From: Prevotella sp.
GTDB lineage: Bacteria; Bacteroidota; Bacteroidia; Bacteroidales; Bacteroidaceae
Direction: 5' to 3'
Assembly: GCA_051892655.1 (NCBI GenBank)
Contig: JBJFGK010000065.1
Coordinates: 1-61,423 of the forward strand
Length of the DNA stretch: 61,423 nt
Each line of letters opens with the position of its first letter. Position 1 is the stretch's first letter. The notes beneath the pieces were generated by a model. The model searched no databases and was not told the origin of the DNA. It saw nothing but the letters and a program-made list of their open reading frames with translations. Positions 52,895 to 61,423 of this stretch are shown piece after piece. Both the position numbers and the translations under genes were made by a program.

Positions 52895-54148
52895 ATGATG
52901 ACGCTAAAACCCGACATAGACAGTTACAGAGAGATTCTTAACACTCTCTCAAGAAACAAGGCACGAAGTTTTCTTACAGGATTCGGAGTGTTTTGGGGTG
53001 TCTTTATGCTTGTTATGCTGCTTGGTAGCGGTCAGGGAATGAAGGACAAACTACAAGGAAACTTTGAAGGGTTCGCCTCTAACTCCGCTATTATCTTCGC
53101 TCAACCTACATCAAAACCTTATGCAGGATACAGAAAAGGACGTAAATGGAATATGGTTTACAAGGACGTAGAGCGTATAAAATCAAATGTAAAAGAGGTG
53201 GAAACGGCTTCTCCCATAGTTTCCAAAAAGGGCACAACGGCAATATTTGAAGACAAAAAATATACCGGTATTGTAAAAGGACTTATGCCTGACTATAGCA
53301 AAGTTGAGAAACCGAAGTTGCTTTATGGTAGATATCTCAACGAGATGGATATAAAAAAGAGTCGTAAAGTATGTGTTATAGGCAAGCAAGTATATGAAGG
53401 GCTGTTTTCAACCGGCGAAAATCCATGTGGCAAAAAGATATGTATTGACAAGGTATATTATAATATAATAGGTGTAGATGTAGGTTCAACCAATATAAAT
53501 ATTAATGGCAGAGCAGAGGAAACAATATGTGTACCACTGTCGGTAATGCAAAGTATATATAATATAGGTGATGTTATCCACATGATATGTTTGACTTCAC
53601 AACCGGGAATAACAATGGAAAGCATCACACAGAAGCTTAGAGAAGTTATTGCAAACGCTCATCACGTTTCTCCGGATGATGAAAAGAGCATAATGGTATT
53701 TAATACGGAAGTGATGTTCGGTATGCTTGATAATCTGTTTAGCGGAGTTAACTTCCTTATATTGCTTGTTGGCATTGGCACTTTGCTTGCCGGAGCGATA
53801 GGAGTAAGCAACATAATGATGGTAACCGTGAAAGAGAGAACAGTAGAGATAGGCATCAGGAGGGCTATTGGTGCTGTTCCGGGAGCGATACTGTGGCAGA
53901 TAATATCAGAAAGTCTTGTACTTACCATCGTTGCAGGTATGAGTGGAATAGTCTTAGCGGTATCTATACTTGAAATGATTGAATTGGCGAATACGACAAA
54001 CGGCATACTTTCAGCACATTTCCAAATTACTTTCGGTAAGGCACTATTGTCTGTGATGTTGTTATGTATGCTGGGTATTGTCGCAGGACTTATTCCGGCA
54101 TTAAGGGCGATGAAGATTAAGCCTGTTGATGCTATGCGTGACGAGTGA
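52895..54148 (+). CDS. MacB/FtsX-type ABC permease
   Basis: NKARSFLT, GVSNIMMVTVKERTVEIGIRRAIGA, PVDAMR. Confidence 0.92.
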   Translation: MMTLKPDIDSYREILNTLSRNKARSFLTGFGVFWGVFMLVMLLGSGQGMKDKLQGNFEGFASNSAIIFAQPTSKPYAGYRKGRKWNMVYKDVERIKSNVKEVETASPIVSKKGTTAIFEDKKYTGIVKGLMPDYSKVEKPKLLYGRYLNEMDIKKSRKVCVIGKQVYEGLFSTGENPCGKKICIDKVYYNIIGVDVGSTNININGRAEETICVPLSVMQSIYNIGDVIHMICLTSQPGITMESITQKLREVIANAHHVSPDDEKSIMVFNTEVMFGMLDNLFSGVNFLILLVGIGTLLAGAIGVSNIMMVTVKERTVEIGIRRAIGAVPGAILWQIISESLVLTIVAGMSGIVLAVSILEMIELANTTNGILSAHFQITFGKALLSVMLLCMLGIVAGLIPALRAMKIKPVDAMRDE

Positions 54149-54202
54149 CAAAAAGCAAGATGAGAAATTTCAATTATGTAGTTAACATATAAAATAGATA
54201 AT

Positions 54203-55342
54203 ATGAAAAAGTATTTTAAATTTATTGTTGCAGCATTGATAATATTGATTTTTATAGGAACTTTCGTTTTTCTATACATCAAATCAAGGCCTCAAGCAGT
54301 GGTGTATGAAGAGTTTGTACCACAAAAAACGGATATAAACCGCACGACAATAATAACAGGAAAAATCGAATCACGCAATGAAGTGAATATAAAACCGCAA
54401 ATTAGCGGCATCATAACGGAATTGTATAAGGAGGCAGGTGACATCGTTCAAACAGGAGACATTATAGCTAAGGTAAAGGTAATACCGGATATGGGACAGC
54501 TAAGTTCCGCTCAGAGCCGTGTCCGCTTGGCTGATGTTAATCTTGCGCAGGCTGAAATTGATTACCAACGTGAGAAGAAACTATATGAAAAGAAGCTTGT
54601 AAGTGCTGATGAATATGATAAAATACGTCAGGCATATCAGCAAGCAAAAGAAGAAAAAGCAGCCGCTATAGATGCATTGGAGGTAGTCAGAGATGGTGTT
54701 TCAAGTAATAACGCCAACGCAAGCAGCACTCTTGTACGTTCTACTATAAGCGGTATAATTCTTGACATACCGGTTAAGGTTGGTAATTCTGTTATTCTTA
54801 GTAATAATTTCAATGATGGAACAACGATAGCAACGGTTGCCGACATGGGAAATCTTATCTTTAAAGGTAATGTTGATGAGACTGAAGTCGGTATGTTGGC
54901 TGTTGGCATGGGCATGAAAATATCAATAGGGGCTCTTGAAAACGTCAATTTTAACGCAACGTTGGAATATATATCACCTAAAGCTGTTGAAAACAACGGT
55001 GCAAACCAGTTTGAAATCAAAGCCGCAGTTATTGTTCCTACTGAAAACAATATACGTTCCGGTTATAGTGCTACAGCTGAAATTATATTAAAATCGGCGA
55101 AAGATGTTCTTACTATCCCTGAAAGCGCAATAGAATTTGATAATGGCAAAACGTTTGTCTATATTGTAAAAAACGTTGAAAACGGAAAGGAATATGAAAA
55201 ACGTGAAGTTGTAACCGGAATAAGTGATGGTATTAATATAGAAATAAAGAAAGGGTTGAGACCAAACGACAAAGTTAGAGGTCCTCAAGTATTGGGGTTG
55301 AATGTGGAAAAACAAGAAAAAGACTCGAAACATAGTATATAA
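54203..55342 (+). CDS. Periplasmic adaptor (membrane fusion protein, MacA-like)
   Basis: N-terminal TM, lipoyl half-motifs (IKPQISG / RSTISG), coiled coil. Confidence 0.9.
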   Translation: MKKYFKFIVAALIILIFIGTFVFLYIKSRPQAVVYEEFVPQKTDINRTTIITGKIESRNEVNIKPQISGIITELYKEAGDIVQTGDIIAKVKVIPDMGQLSSAQSRVRLADVNLAQAEIDYQREKKLYEKKLVSADEYDKIRQAYQQAKEEKAAAIDALEVVRDGVSSNNANASSTLVRSTISGIILDIPVKVGNSVILSNNFNDGTTIATVADMGNLIFKGNVDETEVGMLAVGMGMKISIGALENVNFNATLEYISPKAVENNGANQFEIKAAVIVPTENNIRSGYSATAEIILKSAKDVLTIPESAIEFDNGKTFVYIVKNVENGKEYEKREVVTGISDGINIEIKKGLRPNDKVRGPQVLGLNVEKQEKDSKHSI

Positions 55343-55372
55343 AGATTCATAATATATAAACTGATTAAGTGT

Positions 55373-56749
55373 ATGTTTAACAATTATAATTTTTATAAGT
55401 CATATAGTGTTCATGAAATATTTAGGACATTGGTGCTGTCTGTGTTGATTGTCATCTCTATGACCGTTAATGCGCAGACCTCTCATCAATGGTCTTTGCG
55501 TGAATGTATAGATTATGCACTTGCAAACAATATAAATATCAAGCAAAAAGATGTGACACGCAGAGAACGTGTTATAGATGTGAGTACGGCAAAAAACAAT
55601 CGTCTGCCCGATCTTAATGCCGAAGGGTCACAGAGATGGACATTCGGACGAGGTATAAACTCCAATAATATCTATTCAGATCATAATATTGCAACTACCA
55701 CATTAGGGTTATCTACATCCGTTCCTCTATTTACGGGATATAAAATACCGCGTATGCTTGAGTTGTCAAAACTGAATTTGGAAGCGGCAACGTCTGATCT
55801 TGAAAAAGCTCGTAATGATATTAGTATTCAGGTAGCGCAGGCTTATGTGCAGATTTTATATGATCTGGAACTCTCGGATGTTGCAATGAGACAAGTCTCT
55901 ATTGACTCTATGCAGGTTGAAAGATTGCGTTCAATGTATGAAGAAGGTAAGGCGAGTGGAGTTGAAGTGGCACAACAGGAGTCTCAACTGGGGCAAAGCA
56001 GACTGACTTTGACGCAAGCAAAGAACGACTATCATATAGATTTGCTTTCGCTCGCACAATTGTTGGAGTTGCCATCTACAGATAATTTTACAATAGTTCG
56101 TCCTAATGCTGATGCTATTGAAGTTATTTCAGAGGTGCAACTGCCTTCGCCAAATGATGTATATAATGAAGCTGTTGTCGTGAAACCTGAAATAGCTGCC
56201 GGAATATACCGTTTGCGTGGTGCGGAAACAAATGTGAAAGTTGCCAAAAGTGCCCTTTTCCCAACTCTTTCGTTTGTTGCCGGCATAGGCTCGCAATACT
56301 TTAAAACGTATGGAATACCTGCGGAAAGTTTAAAGAAACAGCTTAATAACAATTTTGATCAATATTTCGGATTGAGTCTTAGTGTACCAATTTTCAACCG
56401 ATTCTCTACTCGTAATGAAATACGTACGGCGCGTTTGGGTGTTGAAAGTCGCCAATTGGAACTTGATGACGCCAAAAAAGTCTTGTATAAAGAAATACAA
56501 CAAGTATGTTGCAATGCCGTTGCTGCAAAGTCAAAATATGAGAGTAGCAGCGAGGCGGCACGCAGTAGCCGTATTGCTTATGAGTTGGTTGAGGCTAAAT
56601 ATATTTATGGTAAAGCTACGATAACAGAGTTTAACGAGGCAAAAGCCAATTGGCTTAAAGCCGAAAGTGATGTTGTCAGAGCAAAGTATGAATATATGTA
56701 TGATAAAGCGTTAATTGACTTTTATAGAGGGAGTAATATTAATTTTTAG
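55373..56749 (+). CDS. TolC-family outer membrane efflux protein
   Basis: WSLRECIDYALANN, duplicated OEP pattern (RLPDL / LFPTLS, LSVPIF). Confidence 0.9.
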   Translation: MFNNYNFYKSYSVHEIFRTLVLSVLIVISMTVNAQTSHQWSLRECIDYALANNINIKQKDVTRRERVIDVSTAKNNRLPDLNAEGSQRWTFGRGINSNNIYSDHNIATTTLGLSTSVPLFTGYKIPRMLELSKLNLEAATSDLEKARNDISIQVAQAYVQILYDLELSDVAMRQVSIDSMQVERLRSMYEEGKASGVEVAQQESQLGQSRLTLTQAKNDYHIDLLSLAQLLELPSTDNFTIVRPNADAIEVISEVQLPSPNDVYNEAVVVKPEIAAGIYRLRGAETNVKVAKSALFPTLSFVAGIGSQYFKTYGIPAESLKKQLNNNFDQYFGLSLSVPIFNRFSTRNEIRTARLGVESRQLELDDAKKVLYKEIQQVCCNAVAAKSKYESSSEAARSSRIAYELVEAKYIYGKATITEFNEAKANWLKAESDVVRAKYEYMYDKALIDFYRGSNINF

Positions 56750-56843
56750 TATAAATAAAAATAGCAATCGTATATTTTTACTACATTTGCAACATATAAA
56801 TATTATTAATAAGATTAATAAATTCAATTATAATTAATATAAC

Positions 56844-59675
56844 ATGAAAACAAAACAATTATTAATGGCAGTAGTACTGTTGGTAACAGGTGCAGCTGCA
56901 ACTTTGGCACAGGAATTTCAACTTCCGCCAATACCTGTAGACAATGCGGTAAGAACAGGTAAATTAAGTAACGGTCTTACTTATTATGTAAGACAAAACG
57001 GCTATCCGGAGCATCGTGTGAACTTCTATATAGCACAGCGCGTAGGTTCTATTCAGGAGAATGATGATCAACGCGGTCTCGCACACTTTCTTGAACACAT
57101 GGCATTCAATGGGTCTGATAACTTTAAAGATAATAATCTTATAGAATATCTTCGCTCAATTGGAGTTGAATTTGGTTCGGATTTGAATGCTTATACAAGT
57201 ATTGATCAGACAGTTTACCGTATATGTAATGTTCCGTCTACACGAGTTAGTGCTCTTGACTCTTGTCTTCTCGTATTGAAAGACTGGTCAAACGGTCTTA
57301 CACTTGACACAAAAGAGATAGATAAAGAGCGTGGTGTCATACATGAAGAATGGCGTTTGCGTACAAATCCTATAATGAGAATGTTGGAAAGAAACCTTGA
57401 AAAGATTTATCCGGGTTCAAAATACGGACAGCGAATGCCTATCGGAAAGATGGAAATCATAGATAATTTCGAGCCAGATGTACTGCGTAAATATTATCAA
57501 AAATGGTATCGCCCGGACAACCAAGCTATTATTGTAGTCGGTGATATAGACGTTGACCGCACCGAACAAAAGATAAAAGAACTCTTTGGAGGTATTGTAT
57601 TGCAGCCAAATGCGGCACAAGTGGTTGACGAACAAGTTCCTGACAATGCTGAGGCTATTATTCTTATAGATAAAGATAAGGAACAACAGCAAGACTTGAT
57701 AATGGTTAATTTCAAACATGATGCTGTTCCTGACAGCTTGAAATCAAGTCTTGGATACATGATACAGCAATATGCTGTTAGTCTTGCTAATCAAATGCTT
57801 AACCAGCGCCTTGATGAGAAGTCAAAAGAAGCTAATTGTCCATACACAATGGCATTCGCCAATGATGGAGACTTTATCTTTGCAAAGACAAAGGGTGCTC
57901 TTGACTTGACCATAATACCTAAAGACAGCAAGGTAACAGAAGCTGTTTCTGCTGCAACGCGCGAAGTTATTAGAGCTGTGAAGTTTGGTTTTACTCCTAC
58001 AGAGTTTGTTCGCGCCAAAGAAGAATACATGAGTCAACTTGAAAAGACTTACACTAACCGTAACAAACGTAAGAACGACGTTTACGGAGATATTTATCGC
58101 GACCATTTCCTTAGCAACGAACCGATGCCGTCAATAGAAGACGAGTATCAAATCATGCAACAATTGTCACAAGTAATACCTGTTGAGGCTGTCAATGAAT
58201 TGATTAAAGAAAACGTAAGTCAGACAGATAGCAATCTTGTCGTATTCGTTGCTCTTAATGAAAAGGAAGGACGTGTGTACCCGACAGTAGAAGAAGTACA
58301 TAAAGCAATTAGCGATGTACATGCAGAGAATCTTGAAGCATGGGTAGATAACGTGAAAAACGAGCCGTTAATAAGCGTTCTGCCAAAGAAAGGAACTATA
58401 AAGAGCGAGAAAGAAAACACTCGTTTAGGTTACAAAGAACTTACTTTGTCTAATGGTGTACGTGTTTTATTGAAGAAAACAGACTTCAAAGACGATGAAA
58501 TAGTAATGAGAGCGATTTCAAAAGGTGGCTCTTCTTTACTTGGAAATGATGATCTTGTGAATGCCAAAGTATTTGATATGGTCATTGCAAGTAGCGGTCT
58601 TGGTTCTTTCAATAGTACTGAACTTGAAAAGGCCCTTGCAGGAAAGCAGGCTTCAGCAAGTCTTTCTCTTGAAAAACTATATGAAACTGTTGAGGGAACA
58701 TCAACACCGAAGGACCTTGAAACAATGTTCCAGCTCACTTATCTTAACTTTACGGATATCACAAAAGACGAGAAGGGCTTCGCATCATTAATGGCTATGT
58801 TAGAAAATGCACTGAAAAACAAGTCTATTTCTCCTGATCAAGCCTTTTCAGACTCTGTACAATGTACTCTTTATGAACATAATCCACGCTTTACATCACT
58901 TGAAATGGAAGACCTTAAGAGTGTGAATTATGACAGAATATTGCAGATTGCCAAAGAGCGCACGGCAAATGCAGCTGACTTTACATTTACATTTGTAGGT
59001 AATTTTGATGAAGCTGTCATACGTCCGCTTATAGAACAATACATCGCATCTTTGCCTTCTAAAGGTAAGAAGGAAGATTGGAAGAAAGTACATACATATA
59101 CTAAAGGTGCTGTAGAAAACAAATTCTTGCGTAAGATGGAGACACCTAAGGCAAGAGTTTATATGTTCTGGTATAATACAGAGATACCTTATTCATTGGA
59201 GAACAGCATACTTGCCGATGCCGCAGGACAGATTCTTGACATGATTTATTTGAAACAAATACGTGAAGAAGCCAGTGCCGCTTACTCTGCAAATGCCTTT
59301 GGATATTCTGAATTAGGGTCAGACACACCTTATAATGTTATCATCGGTATATGTCCGTTTAAGCCTGAGAAAACAGATCTTGCTCTTGGCATAATGAATG
59401 ATGAGCTTCAGAAGATGGCAGAAAGCGTAGATGCCGACAAACTTAATAAGGTTAAGGAACTTCTTCTTAAGCGTGCGGATGAAGACGCAAAGAAGAATGA
59501 CCATTGGTTGTCTGTTATTGGCAGTTACGATATGCATGGTGTAGACAAGTATACAGACTATAAATCACTTGTCAACGCAATGACTCCCGAGAAGGTTTCA
59601 GCATTTGTAAAGAATGTAATCATTGCCGGTGGCAATTGCGTTAAGGTTATAATGCTGCCTGATGAAAGCAAATAA
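56844..59675 (+). CDS. M16 family zinc peptidase (PqqL-like)
   Basis: GLAHFLEHMAFNG (HxxEH), NAYTS, ERGVIHEE; signal peptide. Confidence 0.93.
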   Translation: MKTKQLLMAVVLLVTGAAATLAQEFQLPPIPVDNAVRTGKLSNGLTYYVRQNGYPEHRVNFYIAQRVGSIQENDDQRGLAHFLEHMAFNGSDNFKDNNLIEYLRSIGVEFGSDLNAYTSIDQTVYRICNVPSTRVSALDSCLLVLKDWSNGLTLDTKEIDKERGVIHEEWRLRTNPIMRMLERNLEKIYPGSKYGQRMPIGKMEIIDNFEPDVLRKYYQKWYRPDNQAIIVVGDIDVDRTEQKIKELFGGIVLQPNAAQVVDEQVPDNAEAIILIDKDKEQQQDLIMVNFKHDAVPDSLKSSLGYMIQQYAVSLANQMLNQRLDEKSKEANCPYTMAFANDGDFIFAKTKGALDLTIIPKDSKVTEAVSAATREVIRAVKFGFTPTEFVRAKEEYMSQLEKTYTNRNKRKNDVYGDIYRDHFLSNEPMPSIEDEYQIMQQLSQVIPVEAVNELIKENVSQTDSNLVVFVALNEKEGRVYPTVEEVHKAISDVHAENLEAWVDNVKNEPLISVLPKKGTIKSEKENTRLGYKELTLSNGVRVLLKKTDFKDDEIVMRAISKGGSSLLGNDDLVNAKVFDMVIASSGLGSFNSTELEKALAGKQASASLSLEKLYETVEGTSTPKDLETMFQLTYLNFTDITKDEKGFASLMAMLENALKNKSISPDQAFSDSVQCTLYEHNPRFTSLEMEDLKSVNYDRILQIAKERTANAADFTFTFVGNFDEAVIRPLIEQYIASLPSKGKKEDWKKVHTYTKGAVENKFLRKMETPKARVYMFWYNTEIPYSLENSILADAAGQILDMIYLKQIREEASAAYSANAFGYSELGSDTPYNVIIGICPFKPEKTDLALGIMNDELQKMAESVDADKLNKVKELLLKRADEDAKKNDHWLSVIGSYDMHGVDKYTDYKSLVNAMTPEKVSAFVKNVIIAGGNCVKVIMLPDESK

Positions 59676-59705
59676 TCAGTTATAAATATTATTTTCACTA
59701 CTCAT

Positions 59706-59742
59706 GGTCTGCAACTATTTTATCTTGGTTGCAGACCTTTTT
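59706..59742 (+). terminator. Intrinsic terminator after the M16 peptidase
   Basis: GGTCTGCAAC / GTTGCAGACC followed by TTTTT. Confidence 0.75.
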
Positions 59743-59905
59743 ACTGTCGTTTTCTGCCGTTTCGTTGTTCCATTGACAGGCTTTAGCCATTACAATGGTT
59801 TGTTGTCTTTTATTTTGATAATATTCCGAATTGCATTATCTTTGCATAATATAGAGTTATATACATATATATCAATATGTCAATTGACATAATATCAGAC
59901 TAAGT

Positions 59906-61423
59906 ATGAAAGAATTTATACAAGTGTTGCGCCGCTTTGTGCCACCATACAAGAAATATCTTGTGTTATCTGTAATATTTAATATACTGTCAGCCATACT
60001 CAATATTTTTTCATTTATGGCTATAATACCTATTTTACAGATATTATTTAAGACGGAAGGAGCTGCCCGGACTGTGAAATATATGGAATGGACAGGCGAT
60101 TTTAACACGATTAAGGATGTCGCATCAAATAATGCCGACTACTATATATCCCAAATGATAGACCAAATAGGGGCAACTACGACATTGTTGGTTATTGGTT
60201 TGTTCTTGGCTTTTATGACTTTCCTCAAGACAGGAGCCTATTTCCTGTCTTCAGCGACAATCATTCCTATACGAACCGGTGTTGTACGAGATATCCGCAA
60301 TCAGTTATATCACAAGATAACATCATTGCCGCTTGGCTTTTTTTCCGAAGAACGTAAGGGCGATATTATTGCCAGAATGAGCGGCGATGTGCAAGAGATA
60401 GAGAATTCTATCATGTCAAGCCTTGATATGCTGTTCAAGAATCCAGTATTGATAATATTTTATTTTGCCACTTTGCTATTTATAAGCTGGCAACTCACGT
60501 TGTTTACTCTTGTCTTTGTCCCTATAATGGGTTGGTTTATGGGCTTTGTCGGTCGTAAACTTAAACAGAAGTCCATTAAAGCACAGTCTTTATGGAGTGA
60601 TACCATGAGTCAGGTAGAAGAAACATTAGGTGGTTTGCGCATCATAAAAGCATTTTGTGCGGAAGAAAAGATGAACCGTCGCTTCGACAAGATCAATACA
60701 GAGTACCGCGATAATATATGTCGTGTAAATACGCGTCAGCAAATGGCACATCCTATGAGCGAGTTTTTGGGTACGGTAATGATAGTTATCGTGTTGTGGT
60801 TCGGTGGAGTTCTGGTACTCAATGATATGACTCTTGAGGGTCCGTCATTCATCTATTACCTCATAATGTTGTATAGTATCATCAATCCGCTTAAAGATTT
60901 CTCAAAGGCAGGATACAATATACCGAAAGGTCTTGCGTCAATGGAACGTGTGGACAAGATACTTCAGGCCGTCAATAACATCAAAGAGCCGGAGAAACCT
61001 GTAAGGGTGGATGCTTTCAACAGCAAGATAGAGTTCCGTAATGTGTCTTTCAGATATGGCGAAAAATGGGTGTTGCGACATGTCAATCTTACGATTGAAA
61101 AAGGCAAGACCGTCGCTCTTGTCGGCCAGAGCGGTGGCGGAAAATCGACACTTGTAGATTTGATACCGAGATATTACGATGTACAGGAAGGAGAGGTGCT
61201 CATTGACGGTATAAACGTAAAGGATATTGGCATACATGACCTTCGTTCGCTTATCGGAAATGTCAATCAGGAAGCGATATTGTTTAATGATACATTCCGC
61301 AACAATATTTCTTTCGGTGTCGAAACAGCTACCCAGAAACAGATAGAAGAGGCCGCACGTATTGCCAATGCCCATAATTTCATAATGCAGACAGAAAACG
61401 GATATGATACCAATATAGGAGAT
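59906..61423 (+). CDS. ABC transporter permease/ATPase (MsbA-like), 3'-truncated by the window edge
   Basis: Manual translation from ATG at 59906 (MKEFIQVLRRFVPPY...) shows a TM domain and Walker A ALVGQSGGGKST, and runs to the window end. Confidence 0.9.
   Translation, partial: MKEFIQVLRRFVPPYKKYLVLSVIFNILSAILNIFSFMAIIPILQILFKTEGAARTVKYMEWTGDFNTIKDVASNNADYYISQMIDQIGATTTLLVIGLFLAFMTFLKTGAYFLSSATIIPIRTGVVRDIRNQLYHKITSLPLGFFSEERKGDIIARMSGDVQEIENSIMSSLDMLFKNPVLIIFYFATLLFISWQLTLFTLVFVPIMGWFMGFVGRKLKQKSIKAQSLWSDTMSQVEETLGGLRIIKAFCAEEKMNRRFDKINTEYRDNICRVNTRQQMAHPMSEFLGTVMIVIVLWFGGVLVLNDMTLEGPSFIYYLIMLYSIINPLKDFSKAGYNIPKGLASMERVDKILQAVNNIKEPEKPVRVDAFNSKIEFRNVSFRYGEKWVLRHVNLTIEKGKTVALVGQSGGGKSTLVDLIPRYYDVQEGEVLIDGINVKDIGIHDLRSLIGNVNQEAILFNDTFRNNISFGVETATQKQIEEAARIANAHNFIMQTENGYDTNIGD

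Noticed and set aside
60938-61375. 145-aa minus-strand ORF
   Set aside because: Antisense to the ATPase domain of the terminal ABC transporter

Overview
Bacteroidota (Prevotellaceae-like) chromosomal segment that is probably origin-proximal. It carries two parS palindromes beside mnmG and an AT-rich, DnaA-box-rich intergenic region at about 46.5-47.3 kb. The left end holds the first 884 codons of a type V-A CRISPR effector (Cas12a), which the ORF track omits because it runs off the window. An AAA+/DUF4143 ATPase-nuclease gene lies directly upstream of it and is probably co-transcribed. Next come a lipoprotein/AraC pair, two secreted proteases, MATE and frdCAB, then a solitary multi-domain HNH nuclease between IS30-like and IS3-like remnants. 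A long housekeeping block follows (mnmG, apt, uvrC, dtd, deoC, ispB, polA, ychF, lgt, mutS, leuS, rdgB). The remainder is a porZ-linked low-GC surface-glycan cassette, nadA, a YtrA/GntR-controlled ABC/MacAB-TolC cluster, an M16 peptidase and a partial MsbA-like ABC transporter. Four intergenic regions share an unexplained array of a 15-bp quasi-palindrome (consensus about TAACTATGCTGTTTA) repeated with an exact 22-bp period. No CRISPR array or RNA gene was seen. All family assignments come from motif recognition by eye, not database searches.
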